Shown here: positions 39,455-49,374 of the stretch, piece after piece | Layout: each line of letters opens with the position of its first letter | How positions within the stretch are numbered: the stretch's first letter is position 1 | Source: Candidatus Eiseniibacteriota bacterium | GTDB taxonomy: Bacteria > Eisenbacteria > RBG-16-71-46 > CAZAMP01 | Assembly: GCA_965224245.1 (NCBI GenBank) | Contig: OZ245046.1 | Location: 6,208,001 to 6,272,000 of the forward strand | Reading direction: 5' to 3' | Length of the DNA: 64,000 nucleotides | The notes under the pieces: generated by a model | Told to the model about the DNA's origin: nothing | Database searches by the model: none | Seen by the model: only the letters and a program-made list of their open reading frames with translations | Made by a program: the position numbers and the translations under genes

Positions 39455-42400
39455 GTGACCATGTTCTACGAGCGAACGATGGGACGGCTCGAACGTTCCG
39501 GCGTGGCCGCTTGCACGGCGGTGATCGTTCTGGCGCTGGCCGCGGCGGAAGACGTAGCCGTCTCGGCGGACCAGGTGTCTCGTACTGCCACTAGGCCCGG
39601 GAATCGGGGCGACTGCACGCACCCGCTCTTCGACGAAGAGGTGGTCTACCCTGCGGGCCGAGGCGCAGAGCGCGTGGCAACAGGTGACCTGGACGGTGAC
39701 CTCGATCTCGACCTGGTCGTCACGAACTCCTCACATGGCGACGTTTCGGTTCTGCTCGGCAACGGTGACGGCACCTTCGCCGCCGACACCCGCGTCGTCG
39801 TGGGTGCTCGACCGGGCGGCGTCGCGCTCGGCGACCTGGACGGTGACCTCGACCTCGACCTGGTCGTCACGATCTCCAGAGATGACGTCGTTGCGGTTCT
39901 GCTCGGCAACGGCGACGGCACCTTCGCGCTGGGCACCCGCTTCGCTGTGGGTGATGAGCCCGCCCCCGTCGCGCTCGGCGACCTGGACGGTGACCTCGAT
40001 CTGGATCTCGTCGTTTCGAACAGGGCGGACGACGACGTGTCCGTTCTGTTGAACGACGGGAACGGGATCTTCGCGGCTGGTGTCCGCTACGACGTGGGTG
40101 ACCGACCGAACGGTCTAGCATTGGGAGACCTGGACGGGGACGAGGATCTCGACCTGGTCGTCGCCAACAATGAGGACGACGATTTCTCGGTGCTCTTCAA
40201 CCACGGTGACGGAACGATGGCACCCGGCGTGCGCTTCGATGCGCAGAAGGGCCCGAATGGCGTGGCCATTGGTGATCTGGATGGGGACCTCGACCTCGAT
40301 GTAGCGATCGTGAACGAGGACGTGGACAGGATCTCGGTATTCGCAAATGACGGCAACGGGGTCTTCCCGTCCGCTGCCGTGTACGGCGCTGGGAACGAAG
40401 GCGTCCAGGTGGCCATGGCCGACTTTGATGGAAACGGCAGCCTGGATCTGGTCTCCAGCAATCTGGACGGCGACAACGTATCGATGTTGCTGAACAACGG
40501 GGACGGGACGTTTGCGGCCCGTGTGTTCTACGGCACGGGCGACAGACCTGCAGGGCTTGCGATCGGTGACCTCGACGGCGACTTCAAGACGGACGTCGTC
40601 ACGGCGAGCAACGGCGACGACAGCATCTCCGTACTGCTGAATCGATGTGAGCCCGCGACGGAATGCGGCGACTTTCCGTGCGGTCCCGACGATGACAACG
40701 TCTTGCTCTGTCACGTTCACGTTGTTCCAGGAAAAACGGCACACGCGCGCACGCTCTGCCTGAGTCCCGATGCGGCTGCTGCCCACATGAGAGACCATGA
40801 AGGTGACCATTGCGGACCCTGCGAGGCTTCTGCGCTCGAGACCCACCAGAAGATCAGCGACACCGAGGGCGGCTTCGAGGGTGTTCTGGACGACGGCGAC
40901 CGGTTCTCAGCGGCGTGCGGGATCGGAGACGTCGACGGTGACGGGATCCCCGACCTCGCGGTCGGATCCCCCTTCGATGACGACGGCGGCACGGACCGCG
41001 GCGCGGTGTGGATTCTCTACCTCAATGCCGACGGCACCGTGAAGGATCACCGGAAGATCAGCGACACGGCGGGCGGCTTCGACGGCACGCTGCGTGACCA
41101 GGACCACTTCGGTTTCGCCGTGGCGCCCCTGGGTGATCTCGACGGGGAAGGACCTGCCGAGTGGGCCCTGGCGGTGGGCGCGATTGGCCTCGACCAAAGG
41201 AACGTTTACGGACGGTCGGACGAGTCGGTCTGGGTTCTGTTCATGGCCGGGGATGGCACCGTCCTCGGATACGAGGAGATCCACCATCCGTTTCGGGACG
41301 CCAGCGGCGGTCTCGATTATTGCTCGGATGGCGAGCACGGGTTTGCCCTCAGCTCACTGGGAGACCTCGACGGGGACGGTGTCGTCGATCTGGCCGTGGG
41401 TTCGCCCGGGGAAGGTTGGGAGAACCACGGGTTTTTCGGTGCGGTCCGGATCTTGTTCCTGAACAGGGATGGAACCTGGAAGCATGACTCGTGGGTCGGC
41501 GTGCAGTACAGATGGATTTGTGGGGTCGGGGGCGCCGACTCCTACATGCCTTTGGGCGTGCATGACGACTTTGGCTCTTCGGTCACGACACTCGGGGATC
41601 TCGATGGAGACGGCATCGTGGATCTGGCGGTCGGCGCATCGGGGGACGACGACGGCGGCAGGGACCGTGGTGCGATGTATGTCCTGTTCCTGAACACGGA
41701 CGGCACGGTCAGGGAGTACCAGAAGATCAGCGACACCGCCGGTGGCTTCGAAGGCATCCTGGACGACCATGACACCTTCGGTCGGACGGCCACCGCGCTG
41801 GGCGATCTCGACGGCGACGGCGTCGTCGATCTGGCCGTCGGTGCGTCGGGGGACGACGACGGCGGCGATGCGGTGTGCGACTACCTCGAGCCATGCACCG
41901 ACCGTGGGGCGTTGTGGCTCCTCTTCTTGAACCCGGACGGCACCGTGAAGGACCATCACAAGCTCAGCGACACGGCCGGTGGATTCTACGGCGTGCTGGA
42001 TGACGACGACTCCTTCGGCATCGCTCCGGCTCTTCTGGGCGATCTCGATGGCGACGGGGTGCAGGACCTCGCCGTGGGCGCATTGGGGGACGACGACGGT
42101 GGCGTGGACCGGGGTGCGGTGTGGGTGCTCTTCGTGGATCGCGTCGTCGACGGAGCACGCGCCGGAGTGGCGACGCCCAGCGGCACCACGAGCACGTTCC
42201 GGCTCTCGGCCGGCACACCCAGTCCATTCCGTCGTTTCACGACGATTCGGTACGAGGTCACCCAGCCCTCGGTGGTCGAACTTGGCATCTACGACGTTCA
42301 GGGTCGACTGGTTCGGACGCTCCACAGCGGATTGCAGGTGGGTCTCCATGCGGTCACGTGGGAAGGGCGTGACGGGCTGGGCTCGACAATCGCTCCGGGC

Positions 42401-42472
42401 ACGTACTTCATCCGGATGGAATCAGCAGGAGGTACGGACACGCAGAGAATCGTGTTCCTCGGTGAGGGGTAG
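39455..42472 (+). CDS. Secreted double FG-GAP repeat protein with central His/Cys motif and FlgD/T9SS-like CTD
   Basis: GDLDGDLDLDLVV repeats, then KISDTAGGF..GDLDGDGVVDLAVG repeats; CTD at the end. Confidence 0.85.
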   Translation: MTMFYERTMGRLERSGVAACTAVIVLALAAAEDVAVSADQVSRTATRPGNRGDCTHPLFDEEVVYPAGRGAERVATGDLDGDLDLDLVVTNSSHGDVSVLLGNGDGTFAADTRVVVGARPGGVALGDLDGDLDLDLVVTISRDDVVAVLLGNGDGTFALGTRFAVGDEPAPVALGDLDGDLDLDLVVSNRADDDVSVLLNDGNGIFAAGVRYDVGDRPNGLALGDLDGDEDLDLVVANNEDDDFSVLFNHGDGTMAPGVRFDAQKGPNGVAIGDLDGDLDLDVAIVNEDVDRISVFANDGNGVFPSAAVYGAGNEGVQVAMADFDGNGSLDLVSSNLDGDNVSMLLNNGDGTFAARVFYGTGDRPAGLAIGDLDGDFKTDVVTASNGDDSISVLLNRCEPATECGDFPCGPDDDNVLLCHVHVVPGKTAHARTLCLSPDAAAAHMRDHEGDHCGPCEASALETHQKISDTEGGFEGVLDDGDRFSAACGIGDVDGDGIPDLAVGSPFDDDGGTDRGAVWILYLNADGTVKDHRKISDTAGGFDGTLRDQDHFGFAVAPLGDLDGEGPAEWALAVGAIGLDQRNVYGRSDESVWVLFMAGDGTVLGYEEIHHPFRDASGGLDYCSDGEHGFALSSLGDLDGDGVVDLAVGSPGEGWENHGFFGAVRILFLNRDGTWKHDSWVGVQYRWICGVGGADSYMPLGVHDDFGSSVTTLGDLDGDGIVDLAVGASGDDDGGRDRGAMYVLFLNTDGTVREYQKISDTAGGFEGILDDHDTFGRTATALGDLDGDGVVDLAVGASGDDDGGDAVCDYLEPCTDRGALWLLFLNPDGTVKDHHKLSDTAGGFYGVLDDDDSFGIAPALLGDLDGDGVQDLAVGALGDDDGGVDRGAVWVLFVDRVVDGARAGVATPSGTTSTFRLSAGTPSPFRRFTTIRYEVTQPSVVELGIYDVQGRLVRTLHSGLQVGLHAVTWEGRDGLGSTIAPGTYFIRMESAGGTDTQRIVFLGEG

Positions 42473-42676
42473 GAGCGCCTTGTCTCCGGAAACTCCACGC
42501 GCCGCCCCAGGCGTCCGACTGACCAGACGTGGCCCGTGTGATGACCGAGCCGCACACTTTCCTGTTCGCATTCCGCAGGGAATCTCGCACTTCCTACAGG
42601 AGGACTCCCGACCCCGCAGATCGGATCGTGAGCGCGATTCCGGCTCCGGGGCCTCGTTCAATGGGAAGGGGCGGCC

Positions 42677-45334
42677 ATGAACACGAGAGGACATGCGTGG
42701 AGCGGCGGGATCGGGGCCGGTCCAGGGCGTCTGCTGCTGGTGATCGCGCTGTCGGGCATGTCGCTGCCTGAAGACGGCCTGGCCACGACGCCCGGGCGTG
42801 GTGGGTTCCTGGAGAACATCGGACAGCTCGACGAGCGGGTGCGTTTCAGCACATCCGCACCGGGCATGACGGTCTTCTTTACGCCGGACGAGCTCGTCAT
42901 CGACGCGCACGACCCAGCGCCGGGCGAGGGCACGGAACGGTTGCCGGAGGACCTGTCCGGCGACCTCGAGGCGTCGCTACGGATCACGACATCTGTCCGA
43001 AGCGGACACGTGATACGGGTTCGCTTCCAGGACGCGAGCCCGGCTCCCCGCGTGACGGGCCGCACGGCTCTGCCCGGCGCGTTCAACTTCTTCAAGGGCG
43101 CCGACCCGGCATCCTGGCACACGGGCGCGCGACGGTACGCCGAGATCACCTACCGCGAGATCTGGCCCGGCATCGACCTCGTCTTTCGACTGACCCCCCT
43201 GGGCCTCGAGTACGACGTACTCGTGGGCTCCGGTGCGGATCCCTCGCAGGTTCGCTTCGCGTACGAGGGAGCGGATCACGTGCAGGAGTCGGATGGCACA
43301 GCTCGGATCGAGACCTCGGTCGGGGATCTGATCCACCGGTCGGCGATCGCCGGGGATACGAGCGGTAGCATCCGTCGCGAGGACGCCGGAGACGGTAGCC
43401 CGCTCGGCGGGCACTGCGACGCGTTCTTCGACTGGATCACGCTTCTCGGTGGAACCGGTGACGACATCGGCTCGGCCATCGCGCTCGACGCATCGGGACA
43501 GCCCGTGGTGACCGGACAGACGACCTCGACCGACTTCCCCACCACGCCCGGTGCGTACGCCGGTTCGTCCGAAGGCGACTGGGACAGCTTCGTCACCAAG
43601 CTCGATGACACCGGGAGTGACCTCGTCTGGTCGACGTACATCGGCGGTGAGCTCCTCGACTGGGCCACGGCGCTGACGCTGGATGCCCTCGACGACGTCG
43701 TGATCGCGGGTCTCACGAGATCGGCCGACTACCCGACGACACCCGGTGCCTACGACACCACCGCCTCGCTCCCGGTCGATGACCTGGACACGTTCGTGAC
43801 GAAGCTCTCGAGCGGGGGAGACTCCATCCTCTGGAGTACCTATCTCGGAGGGGATGCGGATGAGGCCGCGCGGGGGGCCGGCGTGGTGATGGACGCGGCA
43901 GGCAACGTCCTGGTCTGCGGAGATACCGTTTCCGGCGATTTCCCCACCACCGCGGGGGCCCACAAGCGGGTCCACCCCGATGGAGACCGGGACGCGTACG
44001 TCACGAAGGTCGCAGCGGACGGTGCCAGCCTCGTCTGGTCGACGCTGCTCGGCGGGGACGAGGCGGCCGAGTTCATCAAGGAGATCGACCTCGATGCCGC
44101 CGGGAACCCCGTGGTCGGCGGTCTCACCCGTTCGGTGGAGTTCCCCACCACACTTGGCGTTTACGGTTCGACCTACAGCGGCGTCGGCGACGGCTTCATC
44201 ACGAAGCTCGAGGCAGACGGCTCGGACCTCGAATGGAGCACCTTCGTGGGAGGAAGCACCACAGACCAGGTGGAAGCCATCGTGATCGACCCCTCGACGG
44301 GGCATGTGATCGCGGCGATCAGAACCTACGGCGGTGACTTTCCTACGACCCCCGGCGCGTTCGATGAAGACCACAATGGCATGATCGACGTCGCCGTTCT
44401 GCAGATGAGCGCGGATGGGAGTGCGCTCGACTGGAGCACCTTTCTCGGCGGCTGGAGTGACGACTGGGTGGGGGGACTCGCGATCGGCCCCGAAGGGCAT
44501 CTGTTCGTGATCGGCGCCACGGCGTCCTGGAACTTCCCGACGACGGGCTACGCCTTCGACGGCACGTACAACGGGGCATACGATGGGTTCATCAGCATCG
44601 TTCAGAACGATGGCACCGATCTCGTCTGGAGCACGTTCATGGGTGGGGGCAGCCCAGAGGATCCGTGCTTCAGCTGGGGCTGCCCGGATTATTGGGACTG
44701 TGCACTGAACTGCGACGGCGACCCGGTGTGCCTTCCGGAACTCTGCGAGTCGCCCGGGTACCCTTATCATTGCCCGGATGGCTTCGACTGCGTTGAAGTA
44801 GCCGGTGGCTTTAGCATCTGCCAGCGGAGCTGCGAGACGCAGCCGGACGCTTACGAAGGGTTCACGGACGACTTCGGCAAGCCCGTGGTCGTGCGTGGCG
44901 ACGCGGTCTACATGGTGGGTCTCACGGGGTCAAACGATTTCCCGACCTGCCCCTCGGGAGGAATCTGGGACGCGACCCTGGAGGGTGCCCGGGACGCGGT
45001 CGTGCTCAGGATGGCGTATTCCTCCACCATAGGGGTACCCGAGCTCGTGGTGACGAGCCATCCGCGTCTGACCGCTTCCCCGAACCCGTTCCGTGGCGTC
45101 GCCACGATCAGCTACGAGCTGCCGGCGGCCGGAACGGTTCGCGTGACGGTGCACGATGTGGTCGGCCGGCTGGTCCGGATGCTCGAGGTCCCGGAGCGCC
45201 TTCCCGCCGGCACGCATCGGCTCACGTGGGACGGGCTGAACGGCTCCGGCTCGCCCGTCGTACCGGGCGTCTACTTCGTCAGACTCGAAGCCGGGGATGG
45301 GCGGCGCGCGGTACGACTCGTTCGAATCGAGTGA
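42677..45334 (+). CDS. Secreted SBBP-type beta-propeller protein with FlgD/T9SS-like CTD
   Basis: FLENIGQ, YREIWPGID, GADPSQVRF N-domain; TxSxDFPTTPGAY..FVTKL..WSTYLGG repeats. Confidence 0.85.
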   Translation: MNTRGHAWSGGIGAGPGRLLLVIALSGMSLPEDGLATTPGRGGFLENIGQLDERVRFSTSAPGMTVFFTPDELVIDAHDPAPGEGTERLPEDLSGDLEASLRITTSVRSGHVIRVRFQDASPAPRVTGRTALPGAFNFFKGADPASWHTGARRYAEITYREIWPGIDLVFRLTPLGLEYDVLVGSGADPSQVRFAYEGADHVQESDGTARIETSVGDLIHRSAIAGDTSGSIRREDAGDGSPLGGHCDAFFDWITLLGGTGDDIGSAIALDASGQPVVTGQTTSTDFPTTPGAYAGSSEGDWDSFVTKLDDTGSDLVWSTYIGGELLDWATALTLDALDDVVIAGLTRSADYPTTPGAYDTTASLPVDDLDTFVTKLSSGGDSILWSTYLGGDADEAARGAGVVMDAAGNVLVCGDTVSGDFPTTAGAHKRVHPDGDRDAYVTKVAADGASLVWSTLLGGDEAAEFIKEIDLDAAGNPVVGGLTRSVEFPTTLGVYGSTYSGVGDGFITKLEADGSDLEWSTFVGGSTTDQVEAIVIDPSTGHVIAAIRTYGGDFPTTPGAFDEDHNGMIDVAVLQMSADGSALDWSTFLGGWSDDWVGGLAIGPEGHLFVIGATASWNFPTTGYAFDGTYNGAYDGFISIVQNDGTDLVWSTFMGGGSPEDPCFSWGCPDYWDCALNCDGDPVCLPELCESPGYPYHCPDGFDCVEVAGGFSICQRSCETQPDAYEGFTDDFGKPVVVRGDAVYMVGLTGSNDFPTCPSGGIWDATLEGARDAVVLRMAYSSTIGVPELVVTSHPRLTASPNPFRGVATISYELPAAGTVRVTVHDVVGRLVRMLEVPERLPAGTHRLTWDGLNGSGSPVVPGVYFVRLEAGDGRRAVRLVRIE

Positions 45335-45374
45335 TTCGCGGGTCGGCATGGCCACTGAACGTAGCCCCTGGCCA

Positions 45375-48275
45375 TCAGAAGTCTTCCAGCATCCAGACGT
45401 CGCCCTCCGAGTGGCTCGTCGTGTACGCGATGTGCGATCCGTCCGGAGACGGGCTTGCGGCGAATCCCATCCACTCGTCGTCCGACGCCCACAAGAGCCG
45501 GGAGCTGCCATCGAGCTCGACACGTCTCATCCAGTTCGTGGCGTCACCGTGCGTACCGATCGCCACGAGCCACGTGCCATCTGCCGACCAGTACACACTT
45601 CGGGGATATCCGCGCCAGCTTCCTTCGATCTCTCGTAGCGAGCCATCGGTGAGCTCCAGCACCCACAGCTGCCCTGCGACGAGCGCCACGCGCGTGCCGT
45701 CCGGGGATAGATCCCACCAGCCAATCCCAGTCAGGCGGAGGTCCACGCGAGCGATCTCCTCCTGCACGGTGCCGTCCTCGGGATCCAACCCGTAGAAGAC
45801 GGTCGTGTCTCCTTCGATCCGCTTGAGCAGGCACGGGGCCCCGGGCTGCTTGGCGCAGAGCACCCTTTCGATGGCCTGCAGGTGGCGTGTGACGCGTTCG
45901 GTGTCGCGGAAGATCTCCGTGGCGGGACCGCCGTCGACGGGCATCCGCATTATGCGGTCGCCCTGCCAGTAGAGAACGGCGGAGCCATCGGGGGTCAGGC
46001 ACTGAACCCACTCGAGCTCCGGTGTCCTCACGATCGGCTCCTCGAGGCGCGTCTCCATGTCGGTGACGTAGATGTCGCAGTCCGCGTTCCCCATCTGGTT
46101 CATGAAGAAGAGCCGCCGCCCGTCTCTCGTCCAGGCGCCGGGGTACGCCGGCCAGTCCTGCGAGGTCCACCGTCCCGCTTCGATCCCGTCTCCGTGCTCG
46201 CTCAGCTCGAGGAGACCGGTCCGGTTGACGAGGTCCCACCGGATGAAGGACAGCCGCCGGCCGTCGGCGGAGGCCGTGAGCTGACTGAGAAGGGACCCAT
46301 CCTGCTCGAGAACTGGCTGGGGATTCCCCGTGCGATGTCCCGTCATCGGGTCGACCGACACGGACCAGAGAGCCGACGTCGTTCCCGTTCGGTTCGTCAG
46401 ACGCGCGAAGATCAGGCGGCCATCGGGAAGCCAGCACAGGCTGTTACCCTCACTTCCGCGATCGATGTTCAGGCCTCCTTCGAGGACCACCGTGGTGTCG
46501 CCACGGAGATCACAGGTCTCGATGGTCACGATGGCACCCCGTCCGGCGCTCTTGTCCGTCCGGGTATACGCGACCCGGGAAGCGCTGGGCGACCAGACGG
46601 GATTGCCGAGCGGGCCGCGAGGCACCTCCCGGATCATGCGCAGGTTCTCTCCCGAAGAGTTCATGACCCACAATGCCCTGCGATGCTCCCGGAACAGGGC
46701 GATCTTCTCGCCGTCGGGTGATGCCGCCGGCCACAACGACGTCGTGTGCTCGGACTCGTAGATCTTCCGGCTCGTGTTGAGGACGATGTTTCGCAGCCAG
46801 ATCTGCTCGCGAGAGCCGTCGACGAAGTTTCTCAAGCGCCACGGGACACCGCCCGCATACTCGTATGTCAGCAGCGTCTCGCTGTCGGGCATCCAGCCGA
46901 TGGCGTACACTTCGCCCGCGGGCCCGTCGATCACACGCATGCGCCCGGTCTCCACCGACATCACGTTGAGTGCCGACCAGTCGCCACTCATGTGTCTGAG
47001 CGGAAGCGCGAGATAGCGCCCATCCGGGGAGATCGCTACCTGCAAGAGGGACGTCTTCACATCGTCCGGGAGAACGGTGAGCCTCGTCAAACGCGGTTGC
47101 AGGGGTGCCCCGTCACTGACCCGCCACAGCCACACACCCGCCACGACGGCGAGTAACGTCAGCCCTGTGACGGACAGCGACCAGGCGACCCGATGTCGCC
47201 GGCGGCGGAGCACACGCGCCGCATCGGCCTCGCCGGACGCCCGCTGAAGCGCGTCCAGCACCTCCAGCGCCTCGGCCGCATCCAGGCGATCATCCGGCTT
47301 CTTCTCGAGACACCGTGCGATGAGGGTCTCGAGCACCGATGGGACGTCTTCACGAGCCTCGCCAACGCGCTTCTGCTTCTCGTGGACGATGTTGTAGCCC
47401 AGCGCATGATCCGAGTCGCCCTTGAAGGGCAGGCGTCCCGTGAGCATCTCATGAAGAACCACACCCAGCGCCCAGATGTCCGTCCGGTGGTCGACCTTCT
47501 CCCCTCGCATCTGCTCGGGCGACATGTAGCCGATGGTCCCGATGCGCGCCCCCGTCTTCGTGATCTCCGATCGCCCGCGGGAGCGCGCCAGGCCAAAGTC
47601 CATGATCTTCGCTGGCCCGCTCGACGAGAGCATGATGTTCGACGGCTTGAGGTCCCGGTGGACGATCCCCCTCTCGTGCGCCTGCCGGAGTCCGGCCGCG
47701 ATCTGTGCGCCGATGCTCACCGCCTCCTCGACCGACAGCGGACCGGAGGCGATGCGCTCCCGGAGGGTCGTCCCCTCGACATACGCCATCGCGATGAACG
47801 TTCGGCCTTCGGACTCGTTTATCTCGTAGATCGTGCACACGTTCGGGTGGTCGAGTGCCGCGGCGGCCCGGGCCTCGTGCACGAGTCGCGTCCTGGCTTC
47901 GTCACCTGCGGCGGACTGAGGTAGCAGGAACTTGAGAGCGACCGACCGGTGGAGCTTCGTATCCTCGGCGAGGTACACGGTGCCCATGCCCCCCTGGCCG
48001 AGCTTGCGCAGGATGCGATAGCCGCCGACGTGGCCGGTCAGCGGCGGCGACTCCGGGGACAACGGCTCGCTCTCTGGGCTCAACGCTCCGGGCGGAACGA
48101 CCGCCCCCGTCTCCATGATCGGCTGGCGAACGTCATGGTGTGCCAGCAGCGATTCCACCTCCCGTCGAAGCTCCGGATCATCCCGACATGCCTCGTCGAG
48201 GAATGGTCGTCTCGCCTCGTCGGACAGGCTCGCGGCCTCGAACAGAATGTCCTTCATCCGTTCGAAGCGATCCAC
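45375..48275 (-). CDS. Membrane Ser/Thr protein kinase with extracytoplasmic PD40-like propeller
   Basis: LGQGGMG, VALKFL, HRDLKPSN, DFGLA, YMSPEQ, one TM helix, SPDG repeats. Confidence 0.92.
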   Translation of the reverse strand: MDRFERMKDILFEAASLSDEARRPFLDEACRDDPELRREVESLLAHHDVRQPIMETGAVVPPGALSPESEPLSPESPPLTGHVGGYRILRKLGQGGMGTVYLAEDTKLHRSVALKFLLPQSAAGDEARTRLVHEARAAAALDHPNVCTIYEINESEGRTFIAMAYVEGTTLRERIASGPLSVEEAVSIGAQIAAGLRQAHERGIVHRDLKPSNIMLSSSGPAKIMDFGLARSRGRSEITKTGARIGTIGYMSPEQMRGEKVDHRTDIWALGVVLHEMLTGRLPFKGDSDHALGYNIVHEKQKRVGEAREDVPSVLETLIARCLEKKPDDRLDAAEALEVLDALQRASGEADAARVLRRRRHRVAWSLSVTGLTLLAVVAGVWLWRVSDGAPLQPRLTRLTVLPDDVKTSLLQVAISPDGRYLALPLRHMSGDWSALNVMSVETGRMRVIDGPAGEVYAIGWMPDSETLLTYEYAGGVPWRLRNFVDGSREQIWLRNIVLNTSRKIYESEHTTSLWPAASPDGEKIALFREHRRALWVMNSSGENLRMIREVPRGPLGNPVWSPSASRVAYTRTDKSAGRGAIVTIETCDLRGDTTVVLEGGLNIDRGSEGNSLCWLPDGRLIFARLTNRTGTTSALWSVSVDPMTGHRTGNPQPVLEQDGSLLSQLTASADGRRLSFIRWDLVNRTGLLELSEHGDGIEAGRWTSQDWPAYPGAWTRDGRRLFFMNQMGNADCDIYVTDMETRLEEPIVRTPELEWVQCLTPDGSAVLYWQGDRIMRMPVDGGPATEIFRDTERVTRHLQAIERVLCAKQPGAPCLLKRIEGDTTVFYGLDPEDGTVQEEIARVDLRLTGIGWWDLSPDGTRVALVAGQLWVLELTDGSLREIEGSWRGYPRSVYWSADGTWLVAIGTHGDATNWMRRVELDGSSRLLWASDDEWMGFAASPSPDGSHIAYTTSHSEGDVWMLEDF

Positions 48276-48277
48276 GC

Positions 48278-48859
48278 TCAGGTCTCGCTATCGGCCAGTG
48301 CACGTGTGAACCACATCTTAGCGACGCACCAGTCCTTGTTCACCGTTCGTGGAGAGACGTCGAGTACCTGGGATACCTCGGCGATCTTGAGCCCGCCGAA
48401 GACACGCAGCTCGACGACCCGGGCCATGCGCTCGTCCTTCTCCGTGAGCTGTGTGAGGACGTCCTCGAAGCGGAGAAGGTCGACGTCGTGACCGGCGGTG
48501 AGAGCAAGCTCGGGGTCGAGCGTCACACGCTTCCACCCGCCCTCACGTCTGGCCGCGGCGCGCCGGCGCGCATGATCGATGAGGAGCTGTCGCATTGCGC
48601 GCGCCGCGATGGCCAAGAACTGAGCTCGGCTCTTCCAATCGATCGCGGAGGCATCGGCCAGGCGCACGTAGGCCTCGTGGACGAGCGCGGTCGGCTGGAG
48701 GGTGTGTCCGGATCGCTCGTGGTGCATGAGTCGGGCGGCGAGGCGACGAAGCTCGGCGTACGTCGCGTCGAAGAGAAGATCCACCGCGGCACGCCGGTCG
48801 CCGCCCTCTTCCTCCATCGAGGTCAGGATCCGCGTGATGTCGGATTGAGACAGATCAGC
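48278..48859 (-). CDS. ECF-type sigma factor (STK-associated type)
   Basis: YAELRRLA, HTLQPTALVHEAYVRL, AMRQLLIDHARRR, VELRVFGGL..EVS..TV.KDW. Confidence 0.9.
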   Translation of the reverse strand, partial: ADLSQSDITRILTSMEEEGGDRRAAVDLLFDATYAELRRLAARLMHHERSGHTLQPTALVHEAYVRLADASAIDWKSRAQFLAIAARAMRQLLIDHARRRAAARREGGWKRVTLDPELALTAGHDVDLLRFEDVLTQLTEKDERMARVVELRVFGGLKIAEVSQVLDVSPRTVNKDWCVAKMWFTRALADSET

Positions 48860-48959
48860 CACGCACCGAGTCCTCCACACGACGCCCTGGTCGACGCCGG
48901 TTCGCGGGAATGCGGGCTACGGTAGGGGCGTCCGGAGCCGTCCCGGAGGAAGGCTAGAC

Positions 48960-49215
48960 GCCCACGCTCGACTCATGCCGACAGTCCAGGATGATACCTC
49001 AGCAACCGACCGGCACCTGGATCGAACGCGCGTTCGCTCCCGTTTGGGCATGACTGGGAAGTCGACGGAGATCACCTCGCGCGGATGAGCCTGGAGGAAC
49101 GCAGCTCAGGTCGGAAAAGCCGGGCGAGCTGGTCGCGAAGGGCGACGTTCTCGAGCTGGAGGTAGGACCGGGAGGGGAGGGCTCCTCGGATCAGGGAAAC
49201 GATGACCGCAAGCGC
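48960..49215 (-). mobile_element. Degenerate integrase-core IS relic in reverse orientation
   Basis: SRSYLQLENVALRDQLARL, VISVDFPVMP and GRLLRYHPGLSA* fragments on the minus strand. Confidence 0.55.
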
Positions 49216-49374
49216 CGGCGTTCCAGGCGTAGAATGGATGTGAGGGCGCTGTCGGGAAGCTGGCACGGTGGGGGCATGAGGTCAACCGCGGGAACGTGCG
49301 TGGGTTTTCGGCATGGATACATCATCGCGACGCATCGGGTACCTTGCAGGCTCATGTAAGGAGGAGATGGAGAC

